From positions 28,091,145 to 28,155,144 of the forward strand of contig OZ316891.1 of assembly GCA_973895155.1 (NCBI GenBank): 64,000 nucleotides of DNA, written 5' to 3'. The DNA comes from Marsupella aquatica. Its lineage: Eukaryota; Plantae; Marchantiophyta. Shown piece after piece: positions 1-10,800 of the stretch (the first letter of the stretch is position 1; each line of letters opens with the position of its first letter). The notes under the pieces are model-generated. The model made no database searches. It saw only the letters and a program-made list of their open reading frames with translations, and had not been told where the DNA came from. A program made the position numbers and the translations under genes.

Positions 1-1629
1 CTGGGAAGGTGTAAGCACATAAGCATCACATCCAAAAATCCTCAGATGTGAGTAATCTGTTGGACGCCCGTACCTCATTTCAAATGGCGTCTTGAATCCA
101 ATAGAACTGGATGGAGAAAAATTTACCAAATAAGCTGCAGTGTTGACAGCTTCAGCCCAAAACTCATGTGGTAAGCATGATTGACTCAACATACTCCTCG
201 AGCGGTCCAATAGTGTTTGGTTGAGTCTCTTAGAAACACCATTCTGCTAAGGAGTATAACTTGTTGTGAGATGGCGGGTAATCCCCTGCTGCTTACAATA
301 CGTTCCAAATTCACCGGAACTGTATTCACCGCCGTTATCCGATCGAAGATATCTCACCTTATTACCAGTCTGATTCTCAACTTGGGCTTTCCACTCCTTA
401 AAAGTGGCAAAAACATCAGACTTATTGTGTAGAAAGTATATCCACACATACCTTGAGTAATCGTCAATGAACGTGACATAGTATAACCATCCAGAATGTG
501 AGGGAGTAGGGGCTGGACCCCACACATCACTATGTACATATTCAAGTACCTCCTTGTTGGTGTGAGTTCCAACTCCGAAGGGTTTCCTGTGCTGCTTCCC
601 AAGCACACAGTGCTCACAGAAATCTAACTTACTAGACTGCAAATTAGAAATCAAACCTCTTTTCAGAAGTACAGCCAAACCTTTTTCACTCATGTGACCT
701 AGCCGGAAGTGCCACAGCCGTGCCGTCTCTTCATGAGATAAGGTTACATTGGCTTCATCACATACTACTCTGCCCTCCAAAACATACAAATTTTTGTGCC
801 TCTTTCCCTTCAACACAACCTTAGAATTGGTTGAAACCTGAAGGACACCATTAGCAGAACTCCACTGATGGCCATTTGCTTCTAACATTCCAAGTGAAAT
901 GAGATTTTTCATCATGCCAGGAATATGTCTCACATTTCGCACTGTTCTTACAACACCATCAAACATCTGTAATCTCACAGATCCAAGTCCAACTACTTGG
1001 CATGGGATTCCATTTCCCATCAACACTGAACCATTGGAAACTGTGTAAGAACTGAAAAACTCTCTCCTATAGCAAATGTGAAAGGTACAAGCACTATCTA
1101 GTATCCAACCATCATCTTCCTTATGTGATACTACGTTGAGGGCAAAGTAATGGCATCACAAAATATCATCATCGAGTAAATCTACCTCATGTGCGCTGGA
1201 TGCCGCATTAGCTGATGGGGTAGAGTCCTTTACCCAAAAATCTCTCTTCATGTGGCCTGTCTTGCCACATTTCCAACATGCAAGAGGCTTCCTCCCCGAC
1301 GATATTCGCAACTGCAAGCCCATGAACCATCCAACGCACAAGAGTCGACACAGAGAGATACGTGGTTCACCTCCACATGAGGCTACGTCCACGGGAACAC
1401 ACAAGAGCTTTACTGCACTCTAGGCCGATTGGCCATACCAAGCATCCACAGCACAAGCTCTCCCTATCTCTCAACTAGCTCCGTAACAATGAGCTTGAGT
1501 TCCACCAGGGTCTGGCATCAGCCCTGGCTATATGCACAACAACACTACCGCTAACATTAGCTAAGTCCTAACCCGAGTTAGACTAACTGTGGTTAGCTCA
1601 CGAGCACAAGACTAGAGCACTATCTAACA
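1..1629 (-). mobile_element. Degenerate Ty1/copia LTR retrotransposon (5' LTR, zinc knuckle, protease, GAG-pre-integrase, integrase core); continues beyond left edge
   Basis: The minus frame reads CWKCGKTGHMKRDF (knuckle), WILDSACTFHIC (protease), LWHFRLGH..CEHC (HHCC), VHSDVWGP, FIDDYSR and LRSDNGGEY (integrase). This protease-integrase order is the copia order. In-frame stops lie at 1156 and 247. Confidence 0.95.
1298..1629 (-). repeat. 5' LTR of the copia element, lacking its last ~11 bp
   Basis: Starts TGTTAGATAGTGCTCTAG on the minus strand and aligns with the solo LTRs at 19937 and 41890 up to ...GCGAATATCGTC. Confidence 0.9.
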
Positions 1630-3287
1630 CTCTTGGGCTTATCCTGGTCCACATATGGAAAGTCAGATCTACAATTATCAGAAGAACTATGTTTCTCATA
1701 GGCTCATTCTTCGCTTTTGTCCCATGTAATCGATGTTCAGGACACCTCAGTTTACTTGCTTCCAAAATTCTGGGCCAGATCCTGTGTCTCCAGATGTTTA
1801 ACGGCATTTGGTAGCACGCTACCTTTTGTATATTTCATGTCCTGTTGGGGCACCCTGTCTTGTACATCACAGTACCAATTTTTCCCTGCCAGCCTGCCTA
1901 ACAAACTATACTTTGAAAAACTTTCCCTGACGCTGAGTTTAAGCAAGATTTTTTAGTGGTTTGTAGGACCAATATGGAAGGACAGCTCTTATCTGGGCAG
2001 CTGACTCTGGGCAACTCCATTCAGTTGAGATGCTTATTCGTCTAAGTGCCAATATTCATGCCCGGGATTCACATACTGGCAGGCACGACACCTCCCTTTT
2101 CAACCTCCTAGTTAAATGTATGCAGTAGCAACTTGTTTTTGTAGAGTCACATTCCGTTTGCAAAACACTTACATGTAATGAGAAATTTCTAACGTCCAAA
2201 ATTCGTACTATTGGTAATAGAATACCGGAGCCAGATTTCAGGACTCTAGGTTCTCAGTTTGCAGTTTGGCTCCATCACACCTAGTCTAACATGGGAAGTT
2301 ACTTCATGTGGACATTGTCTTAAAAGAAGACTAATATTAATAATGAACAAGGGGTATAATATAAATTATGAATCAATGTAGACTGTAGTAATGAGGGTCT
2401 TGTTAAGGGACCTGGAGTAAAAGTTAAGATCTGTACTTGGATTTTGAAAACTAGTTACTCCGAAATCTGGTTTGGTTTTTTTCAGGGCGGCAATACATTG
2501 GGCAGCAAGAGGAGCTAATCTTCCAATTGTCAGTATCCTTCCAATCTAATATGAAGTTGAGATAACTTGGCTGGTCATGTTTGTATCTATGATTGTATTT
2601 AGACTAAGGGGAGGGAAGGCGGGTAGACTAGAATTAAGTGTAAAAGTTTTTCCCAAATCACAATGTCAGAATTTTGTATTCTGTTCGATCGATATAGAGA
2701 GCCTTTCAATTGCAATTCTTCAGTAGTAACAACACATTTCTGGAGGATGGATGTGTCCTTCTCTAGCAGCCCGGGTTCTGTGATTAGCCCATATACTTCT
2801 AGGTTGCAAACCTTCTACCTATTGAGTACTGTTCAAGCACAGGTGAGGTTACATCTTGAACTTTGGTCTGCCTATTTGTTCATACCGAAGTACCCTTGAC
2901 GACCTCCTCAGAGTTGCAGTCGCAACATGGGACTAATTGCGAGCAAAAAGATCGCTTTGGTCACACACCCCTCGGCCTCGATCCATATGGCAAAGTCATT
3001 GGGCACTGCAGGGGAAGATGTTTTTCAAAAATTTGAAGTTGCGGATTTCAAGCTCAAGAAATGTTACTGAGTGCGAATGCTCAGTAAGAAGACTTTGAAA
3101 AACAATTGCCAGCATTGAGTTTAGGGTCTTCGAGAAGTGACCACAACTCTGACGGTGATTTTGAAGTCAGAATCCGCCATGAGAGTGACGGTTTGACAAG
3201 ACTGTACATTCTTTTCAGGCTTGTGAGTAAGGTATCTATGCAAGGGTTATTGTTAACGACATTTACATTTGCGTTCTACTCCCCGTT

Positions 3288-3650
3288 CTACTCGTCCTCT
3301 TGTTTCCGTTCGTCAACTCCATTTCAGCTGGGCGGCCCTCTCGAACGATATCTTTCCTCTTCCGGGTCGATACGTTGTGGGCGATTTTGGCAGAGTACTT
3401 AGTGTTGCGCATGGAGAACGAGCTTGAAATCCGCAACGTTGTGCACCAAAAACTTGATGAATCCGTTGGGCAAAACATGTCTGGTCATCTTGTTGGACCC
3501 GTACCCAATGTTGGGCATCAAAGTGCAGCCCTTAGACTTCCGACTCTCGCGGGAATCAATACACTTCGGCCGCCTCCATTTTTCCTTCACGGAGATCTTT
3601 CGATCCGACTGCATACGCTTTTGAACTTCTACACTCTCTTCTTACTGACA
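3288..3650 (-). pseudogene. RPL32: 60S ribosomal protein L32 (eL32) pseudogene, frameshifted
   Basis: Successive frames give [86 protein letters not shown] and QEDE*, matching plant eL32 motifs. Several frameshifts and no intron in the aligned stretch. Confidence 0.9.
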
Positions 3651-3793
3651 TCGTGTCGGACGGATGAATGAAGGAGTCCCGTACGTTGGTCTCCTCCCCC
3701 AGCTCCTCCATAAGGGTCGCGGTTCCATATTTTCCGAATGCTTTTCGTTTGTTCAATTTACTCCTCCACAAGTAGCCTCCTTCACATTAGATC

Positions 3794-3985
3794 TGCGACT
3801 CGTTATCAAGATCACTCTGTTTCGATTCAATTCAAGATCACTCGGTTTCGATTCAATCCAAGATCACTGCTGCGACTCGTTATCAAGACCACTCAGTTTC
3901 GATTCAATTCTCTGGCTGCGACTCGTTATCAAGACCACTCAGTTTAGATTTAATTCTCTGGCTGCGACTCGTTATCAAGATCACT
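3794..3985 (+). repeat. Tandem repeat, 46-bp unit
   Basis: TGCGACTCGTTATCAAGA.CACT starts at 3794, 3871, 3917 and 3963. Confidence 0.9.
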
Positions 3986-3989
3986 GAAC

Positions 3990-4812
3990 ATGGGATCTCT
4001 TCGTATAGAAGAATTTTTCAGAGAGTTAAATGCTCTGAGATGTCCGGATATTAATTGTAAACATGGACAGATTACCCGAGAGTTCCAAAGGCTTTTACAG
4101 TCATGTGAAATCACCAAGGACTTGTTGGAATCATATGAAGCCAGGTTACAAGCGGTTATTGCTGTTCAGTGTGAGTTTTCTTCAAAGCAAATCGAGAAAC
4201 TTCGAGAAGAGAAGGTTCGGCTCGAGAATGACAATTCAAATTTACAAGTCGCTCGTGAAGCTGTGGAAGGCTTGCCGGATACATGGCCTAGGCGAGAAGG
4301 GTTTGTTCGAGAGCCTAACTATATTGCAGGAGTTGCTGCGGCAGTGTTGGACGCCCCTAGATGCGTCCAGACATCTTCGATGCCGACGCGTTTCTCGAAG
4401 AACCTGGGCGATGAGAATCTTGATGACAGAACTCGATGCGGGGACGGGGCGTTCACTACTTCCGAACCTGGGCGATGAGAATCTTGATGATAGATCTCGA
4501 TGCGGGGACAGGGCGTTCACTACTTCCAGAATACCCGAGGTTGTATCTTCTTCACCGAATGTTGAGCGAGGACGAGCACTGCTGAGATTACCGACAAACT
4601 CGGTCACTAGGTGGGCGTTCACTTCTTCCAGAATACCCGAGGTTGTATCTTCTTCACCGAATGTTGAGCGAGGACGAGCACTGCTAAGATAACCGACAAG
4701 CTCAGTCAGTAGGTGTAAAGCCTTCATTGTAGCGCAGACATGGGGTTTAGGGGTAACGAGCTTGATAGAAGATGGAGACTCCCAGGTGAAGCCACAGAAT
4801 AGACTTTTGTAA
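3990..4812 (+). pseudogene. Unknown coiled-coil-like ORF disrupted by internal tandem duplications
   Basis: The ATG ORF 3990-4478 has heptad-like stretches. A 64-bp duplication (4400/4464) shifts the frame and a 102-bp duplication follows (4511/4613). No family recognised. Confidence 0.35.
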
Positions 4813-5998
4813 TGTAAACACTCAGGCTTCATTCAAGTTTGAGAATCGGATAAGATAACAGCATGAACTTCTCTTCTGAGTAATGTCAAGAATAGGGCAA
4901 CGCCCTGTTAGAGTGCTCCAATTCAGTTGTTGTTGTCATACTGCTTGTCAGAATTAATCTGGTCTTCCGAGTGCTCTCAAGCGCGCTGGAAAACCTAGTT
5001 GATCCATTGGATTTTGGTTCCAGATTTCCCTCGTTGATGAACATGAAAAGCCTCAGCTGAGAAAATTTGAGACCAGCCGATAGCTTATCTGAGAAGAAAC
5101 TAAGTTCTCTATAGGTTAGGACTGGGTGTGGTATAATTGTCGTACAAATCTGAGTTTTGGCTCCCGTTGCCCCCTCACCAGCTTGCTCTCGGAAGATCCA
5201 TTGCACAGGATTGGTTCATTCGTGGTGCTTCATTATAGGCCCAGTAACCAAGAAACGAATAGCACTATGAGATACCATCTAAAAAACAGAGTAAAACCAC
5301 TAAACATCACAAAATTGTTTGCGAATCCGCATGAGCAATGGCTCAAGCGGACATGCTTAGCTTTTCAATGATTAGATGAATGGATACATAGATGAGAACA
5401 TGAAACTTGATCTATAAATTTTATACAACATGAATATGTCAATCCACCTTGGTGAAATTCCTGGAAGGGTTAACTGAACGAACAGGGCCTCACCGAACGA
5501 CATCTCTTTGTAGCAGCAGATCCCTCTTTCTTACACTAGCGGGGAGACTCATGTTTGGGAAATCAATATCTGAGAGATTCACTGTGCAACAGTGTCAAGG
5601 ACTGAGTCTAGGAGAAGGAAATAGGGAACCGTTTTATTACATACTCCCTTTCTTTACAGAAATCAATTATCATACCCCACCTTGCAGACCCTTCTGTCTC
5701 CAGTTTTTAAACCAACCTGGCTTAAATTGAACTAGTCCTGGGTAAGCAGATGTCGACAGGCAAGAACGACCCTGTCATTGGAGTCATGATTGGGAGTAGG
5801 CAGGCATGGACTCCAGTCCTGGTAGAACGGACCCTCTGATGTTGTGGGTCTTTGGGTTTCTCCTGCTCGAGATCACAGAATTTTACTTCATTTTTCCTAA
5901 TTGGGCGACTCTACGAAAGGGCAATTGGTCCCCAGACAGCCAAGGTCAAAGAGAGGAGAGGGTCAAACCCTGGATGCCTATCTCAGTCACTACCCAGA

Positions 5999-6586
5999 CT
6001 ATTCTTCTGCCGCCTTTCTCAGTTTCTTATATTTATCAAGTTCTTCCCAATACGTATCCCAGATACACACTTCACAACCTTGGCCACAGCAGTCTCCTGC
6101 AAGAGGCCTCTCGGGCGGTGGCCCTATCTCGTCCTCTATCTCCTTCTCCTTGAGCTTCTTTCTCTGCTCCTCCTCCTCCTCCTTACTCTTCTCCGGCTCC
6201 TTCTGCATCTTTACCGGTTCCTCTTCCTGTGCTTTTGCATCCCCATCACCCTCCTTCTGCTCGATGGAAACCTTGCCGTTTCGTGCCTCCATCGTGAAGA
6301 GAAACGAATACTCAGTGGGAGGGATGAATCTGTCGTCGAAACTGAAGATATCAGTCGTTACCTCCTTTCCATTTGGTGATGGTGGCGACAACGAGAAGTT
6401 AACCAAACTGAAGCCCACATTTGTCCCGGGTGCGGTCCGTTGCTGTTCCACTTGAGGCACAGCGAAATTTTGGCACCAAACAGGCCGGAGATTGACGACG
6501 TGATGGAGCCCGGCCTTATAGCTGTGCAAGAAATTAAATTGCTGAGAATTGAAGGCTTTCAACGACTTCACCAGTGCTGTGGGCAT
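5999..6586 (-). CDS. Oxidoreductase-like (Oxidored-like) domain protein, 195 aa, single coding exon
   Basis: C-terminal PPPERPLAGDCCGQGCEVCIWDTYWEEL matches the P-x-P..CCxxGCxxCVWDxY motif of this family. A plausible 5'UTR intron acceptor (TTCTTCCTTGCAG) ends at 6720. Confidence 0.85.
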   Translation of the reverse strand: MPTALVKSLKAFNSQQFNFLHSYKAGLHHVVNLRPVWCQNFAVPQVEQQRTAPGTNVGFSLVNFSLSPPSPNGKEVTTDIFSFDDRFIPPTEYSFLFTMEARNGKVSIEQKEGDGDAKAQEEEPVKMQKEPEKSKEEEEEQRKKLKEKEIEDEIGPPPERPLAGDCCGQGCEVCIWDTYWEELDKYKKLRKAAEE

Positions 6587-7483
6587 ACTATCCGAGTAGG
6601 CAGGGCCCCCTTGACCGACTCTTCAACCAGCTGGCGAAAAGGATGGGGAAGCAAGCAACAAAGAAAGAGAGAAGCGGAGAAAGACAATACTGGTAGACCG
6701 AAAATTAGCACCCGAATTGCTGCAAGGAAGAATAAACTGATCGCAAGATTGGGCGATTGAATTGCATCTAAGGAGGGCGGGACGGAGAAATGAATGATTG
6801 AATGTATGTTTGCGATAGGTCTTGCAAACAGATAAATAAAACTTATACAAACCACAAGAAACTCAATTTAGAGAACACTCGCACAGACATGAATCGGAGA
6901 GACAGAACCAGATAGAGAAAAATGAACACATCGAACAATTGGACGAATGAATTTCAATCTGGAGAACACACTAAGACCCTAAACCCTATCTTGACGTGTG
7001 AGACAGTAGATGATCAGAAAACATGATTTAGACAAATTCTCGGAAGACTTTCGAGAGGATAAAAATTAGATGGGGTCTAGGATGGATTGGAGACACAAGA
7101 CACGTAAACCTGCAGAAAACGAATTGGGTTCCAGTCCGACATCTGGAAAGTAAAGTTGCTCGACCTAAAAGTGGAAGAAGGTAGATCATGGCTGACTCTT
7201 TCTCTATCTCAGTTCCAGAATTGCCCCACGAGACCATTCTCGAATGCTCTCAATGTCTTCCAATCCTCCACGTCCTTCGAGCATTTCAACTCATCAGCTT
7301 TGGAGTCCTCTTCACTTCTTCGTTCCTCCGTGATTGGGGTTCTTCATCTCCTCCCAAATTGGCACCACGAGGTCTGCACCGATGACAAGCGTTCATACTC
7401 AACAATCTCCCTCTCAGAGACTCTCCCTATTATCTGAACATTCATTCTCAAGCATCTCAGCTTTTGTCGTTTATTTGTACTAT

Positions 7484-7687
7484 TAGTCTTTTTCTTGTAC
7501 TAGCTGTGTCTTTGTATGAACATAAGTTTTTCAGCGAGCTTCCTCAATGGCAGCAAAGCATGAGCTGCGTGACAGGCGTTTACTTGTACTATAGTCTTTT
7601 TCTTGTACTAGCTGTGTCTTTGCACGGGCATAAGTTTTTCAGCGAGCTTCCTCAATGGCAGCAAAGCATGAGCTGCGTGACAGGTAT
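7484..7687 (+). repeat. Direct duplication, period 108 bp
   Basis: TAGTCTTTTTCTTGTACTAGCTGTG...GAGCTGCGTGACAGG occurs at 7484 and 7592. Confidence 0.9.
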
Positions 7688-10519
7688 TTAGAGTGACTTC
7701 CAATAGCCCTGCCGGTCATCACCCATCAAAATGTGGTCACTCATCAAAAATGTGGTAATATAGGGGGCCCTCACTGACTTAATGAAACTGGGTAATCACG
7801 CATTAAAATGTGGTAATATACAGTGTGAAAACACATTAAAGTTGTGGGAGTTGAGTGTGCACTCACTGACTTTTTAATGGAACTGACTTAAACAAAAGAA
7901 CTAGGTTTATCATGGTATGGAGAGATGTATTACACTGTTCCATAGGGGTCTCAAAGCTCTGGATAATTGGGAGTTATAGGAAGGCACATAAAAGTTGTGG
8001 GAGCTATTGTAACCCTGCTGGTAATCACACATCAAAATGTGGCTGCATTCATTGATTGAAAGAAAAACAACTAGGGTTATCACGGTATGCAGGGGTGTCG
8101 TACATCATATATGTCATATTTTGATGTGCAGTTACCGAGACCCCTATTGTAAGGGAAGTACACATGTTCAATACTTGACCAATAACCTTTGCACAGCTTT
8201 CCCATAGCTTGAGGTACCAATCTGGCAATTCAAGGCAGGTGGGCTTTGAGGATGACATGGTGGTTGCTGTCACATTCAAGGTGGCAGATGACCAAGAAGG
8301 AAGGAAAAGGGGATATATGTCATCAGACTCTGTGAGACCATAACCCCTTCCTTATGGGGAGGGTCAATGCTACTTCCCCCCATTTTTAAAAAATCCTTAA
8401 TTGGATCTCATAACAGAGTTATGGGATGGACCATAAATCAGTAACTCCCAGCTACTGCCCAACTTGGAGACTCCCTAATAACTCTCTCAACGTTCCAGTC
8501 TTGCACTAGCTAACATTCTCTTCTAAATCAGTGTTCCATGAGCCCTCAAAGTTCCAAATCTCAACTTGTTAACATCCTTTGACATCAGTGTTCCATAACT
8601 TGTTGTTCTGATATCCAGAAGAGCATGTCAAGGAGCGTTGAAAAAGGTCAATAAACTCCATAGTTTTCCTTCCAAGCAGGGATTTTTTTCAGGCAAAGTT
8701 TCCCACGGTCACCTTGTATCCTAAAATGCATGGAGGCCAGCCACTGGAGGTCATTTGCGGGGAGGATGCTGTCCGGCTATTTTTGGGTCTCTAAATCAGT
8801 TGGTAACCATGAGTGGTAGCTGGCAAAAGCAACAAAACCATTGGAGATGCTCTAGACAAGGCTGTGAGGAAGGCTGGGCACAAAATTAAAAAGATTGTAC
8901 TGACAACATAAAGGTTACTGTCAGATAATATGACCAGAACTTGTTTGCCTTATTGCTCAGGGATTGAGACACCCTAATTGAACCCGATAATATCACAATC
9001 CATGTTGGTGCAGCCATATCACTCCATGTTGTTATATTGGCTTCATTTTAGGTCTTGTTTGTTAAATTTTGTAAGTCTTTTTGTCTTTTCATTTTTCCTT
9101 ACTTTTCTTGTTTTTCTTTATGAAAAAGGGACCAGCCCTAGCAAAGGTTTAGGATGAAGATCACATGTGACCTTATAACCAACTTTTCTACTAACGTTAG
9201 GATACTATGTATAAGGCATTCAACCAAAGTTGATCTATACAGGGCTTTAGCAACTAGTTTTAGAATTTCAGTTTTTAAATGTGTGATCAATAGCAGTTCA
9301 CAAGTCTGTAATTGTTTCTTTCTTAAGTGTTTTGGAGAAGAATGGGTGAATTTGCAGGTGGAAAGAGACAAGATGGGAGGGGAGAGTTTAATTTCAACAT
9401 CGGTCTCAGGGTCGAACCCACACGTTCTATACTTAAGTTTACTCATGCCAAACTATAGTTGCTTAATTCTAGTGTAAAGTGAAATAAATGTATAGCATGG
9501 GTCTCAAAATAGACTCTTATGGCTAATATTGTAACGGCCAGTATAACAGCTGAATAAACCCTGTCTCCATCGAGAGCATAGAGCTCTTAAAAGTCCCACT
9601 CTTAGATGAGACATTGATTTGGTTTGATCAAGCCAAATATATGAAATGAGCTAGTAAGAGCTAGTAAGCACACAGAATATTAGAAAGCACATGGTACGCA
9701 AAAGCGGATGTGAATCTTAAGGGTGGCTTTACAAGATTTGGGGGGCATTGTTTCTTGTTACTCCCTTTGAGAAATGTTGAGGCCACCCTAAATTGTAACA
9801 TACTCTCTGGCACAAAATGCTATATCTTGCCTGTGAATTCTATTGTTTTGAAGTTGCTCATTCCCCTGTGCAACCACACCTCAGCTTGACCGTTGGAAAT
9901 TTACTGCATAAACATCTCTCATAATTCTCATTCCAAGGCCCCATTAAGACTTTGCCACTTATGTTATGTACTTTGTCATACTTTTGATTTTATGAGGAGG
10001 ATGTTCGATAGTCAGAAGCACCATCCAAAAGTGAATGCAAAGTTCCTTTCCTTTCCCTTAGTTGCAAAATTCTCTTGATTGACCGTTGACCTCCAAACCA
10101 CCTGAGTTGCATTAACACATTGCAGAGACAGGAATTGAACGACAGCAATGAGCTCGAATTACCGTGTCCATAGCTGACTGCAATAAATGCAGCTTTTGCT
10201 CCAGCTCTATTTTCATTTTATATATTTTTACTGGGGTGGGGTGGAGTGGGGGGGGGGGTGGGGGAAGCGAAGGGCTCCATAGAACACTTGACATAGTCTT
10301 GACATACAGCACAGTCTAGGGTGATTGTGCAATATCAAATCTACTCAACATGGAAGAAACACACAGATATTGACTGTTATCTTCATGGGTTGCAGAGTCA
10401 ACAAGCACACATGAGCTAGTTGGGTATTTGATTGTCACAGTACATACTTATCGAGCAAAACGAACGCACAGCTATGAACTTACCCTAGTGCCATCCCAGT
10501 TAGTGCAAAACAAAATAAT

Positions 10520-10800
10520 AAATGGATTTCACTCCAATTAGTTTATTTACAGAAAAAGGCCAAACAAAGTCCAATGATGAAAAAACAAAGGACGTCCAAA
10601 GTGGACAAACACAAAACTTGAAAGAAGTTTTCTAAGGTAACCCTCAGAACTAGATAGAGGAAAAAGAAAAACGGGGAAGATAAGACTCAAATGTAAGCAA
10701 TAGTGTGATGAGCTAATGATTAACATCTAGTGCAGTAAGTAAGTCAACAATTGGGACGTGGATGTACTCTAAAAGGGCTAGCCTCTAGTGAGGCACATAA
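10520..10800 (-). mobile_element. Old 3' fragment of CRE-like non-LTR retroelement
   Basis: The minus frame YVPH*RLALLEYIHVPIVDLLTALDVNH* (stop at 10713) aligns with SVPPQRLAPLEDIPVPLADLVSTLDVDH* of the 60391 ORF. The UTR shares CCAAAGTG.ACAAACAC with the 15-kb copy. Boundaries approximate. Confidence 0.75.

Noticed and set aside
1156-1158. In-frame TGA between gag knuckle and protease as programmed readthrough
   Set aside because: No CARYYA readthrough context, and the element has other lesions (stop at 247, last knuckle Cys changed to Phe).
3794-3985. CRISPR-like appearance of the 46-bp array (also the 45-bp and 57-bp arrays)
   Set aside because: The would-be spacers are repeats of each other, there are no cas genes, and the context is eukaryotic.
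7188-7385. F-box gene
   Set aside because: Only about 20 residues loosely fit the motif, and the ORF is short with no downstream domain.
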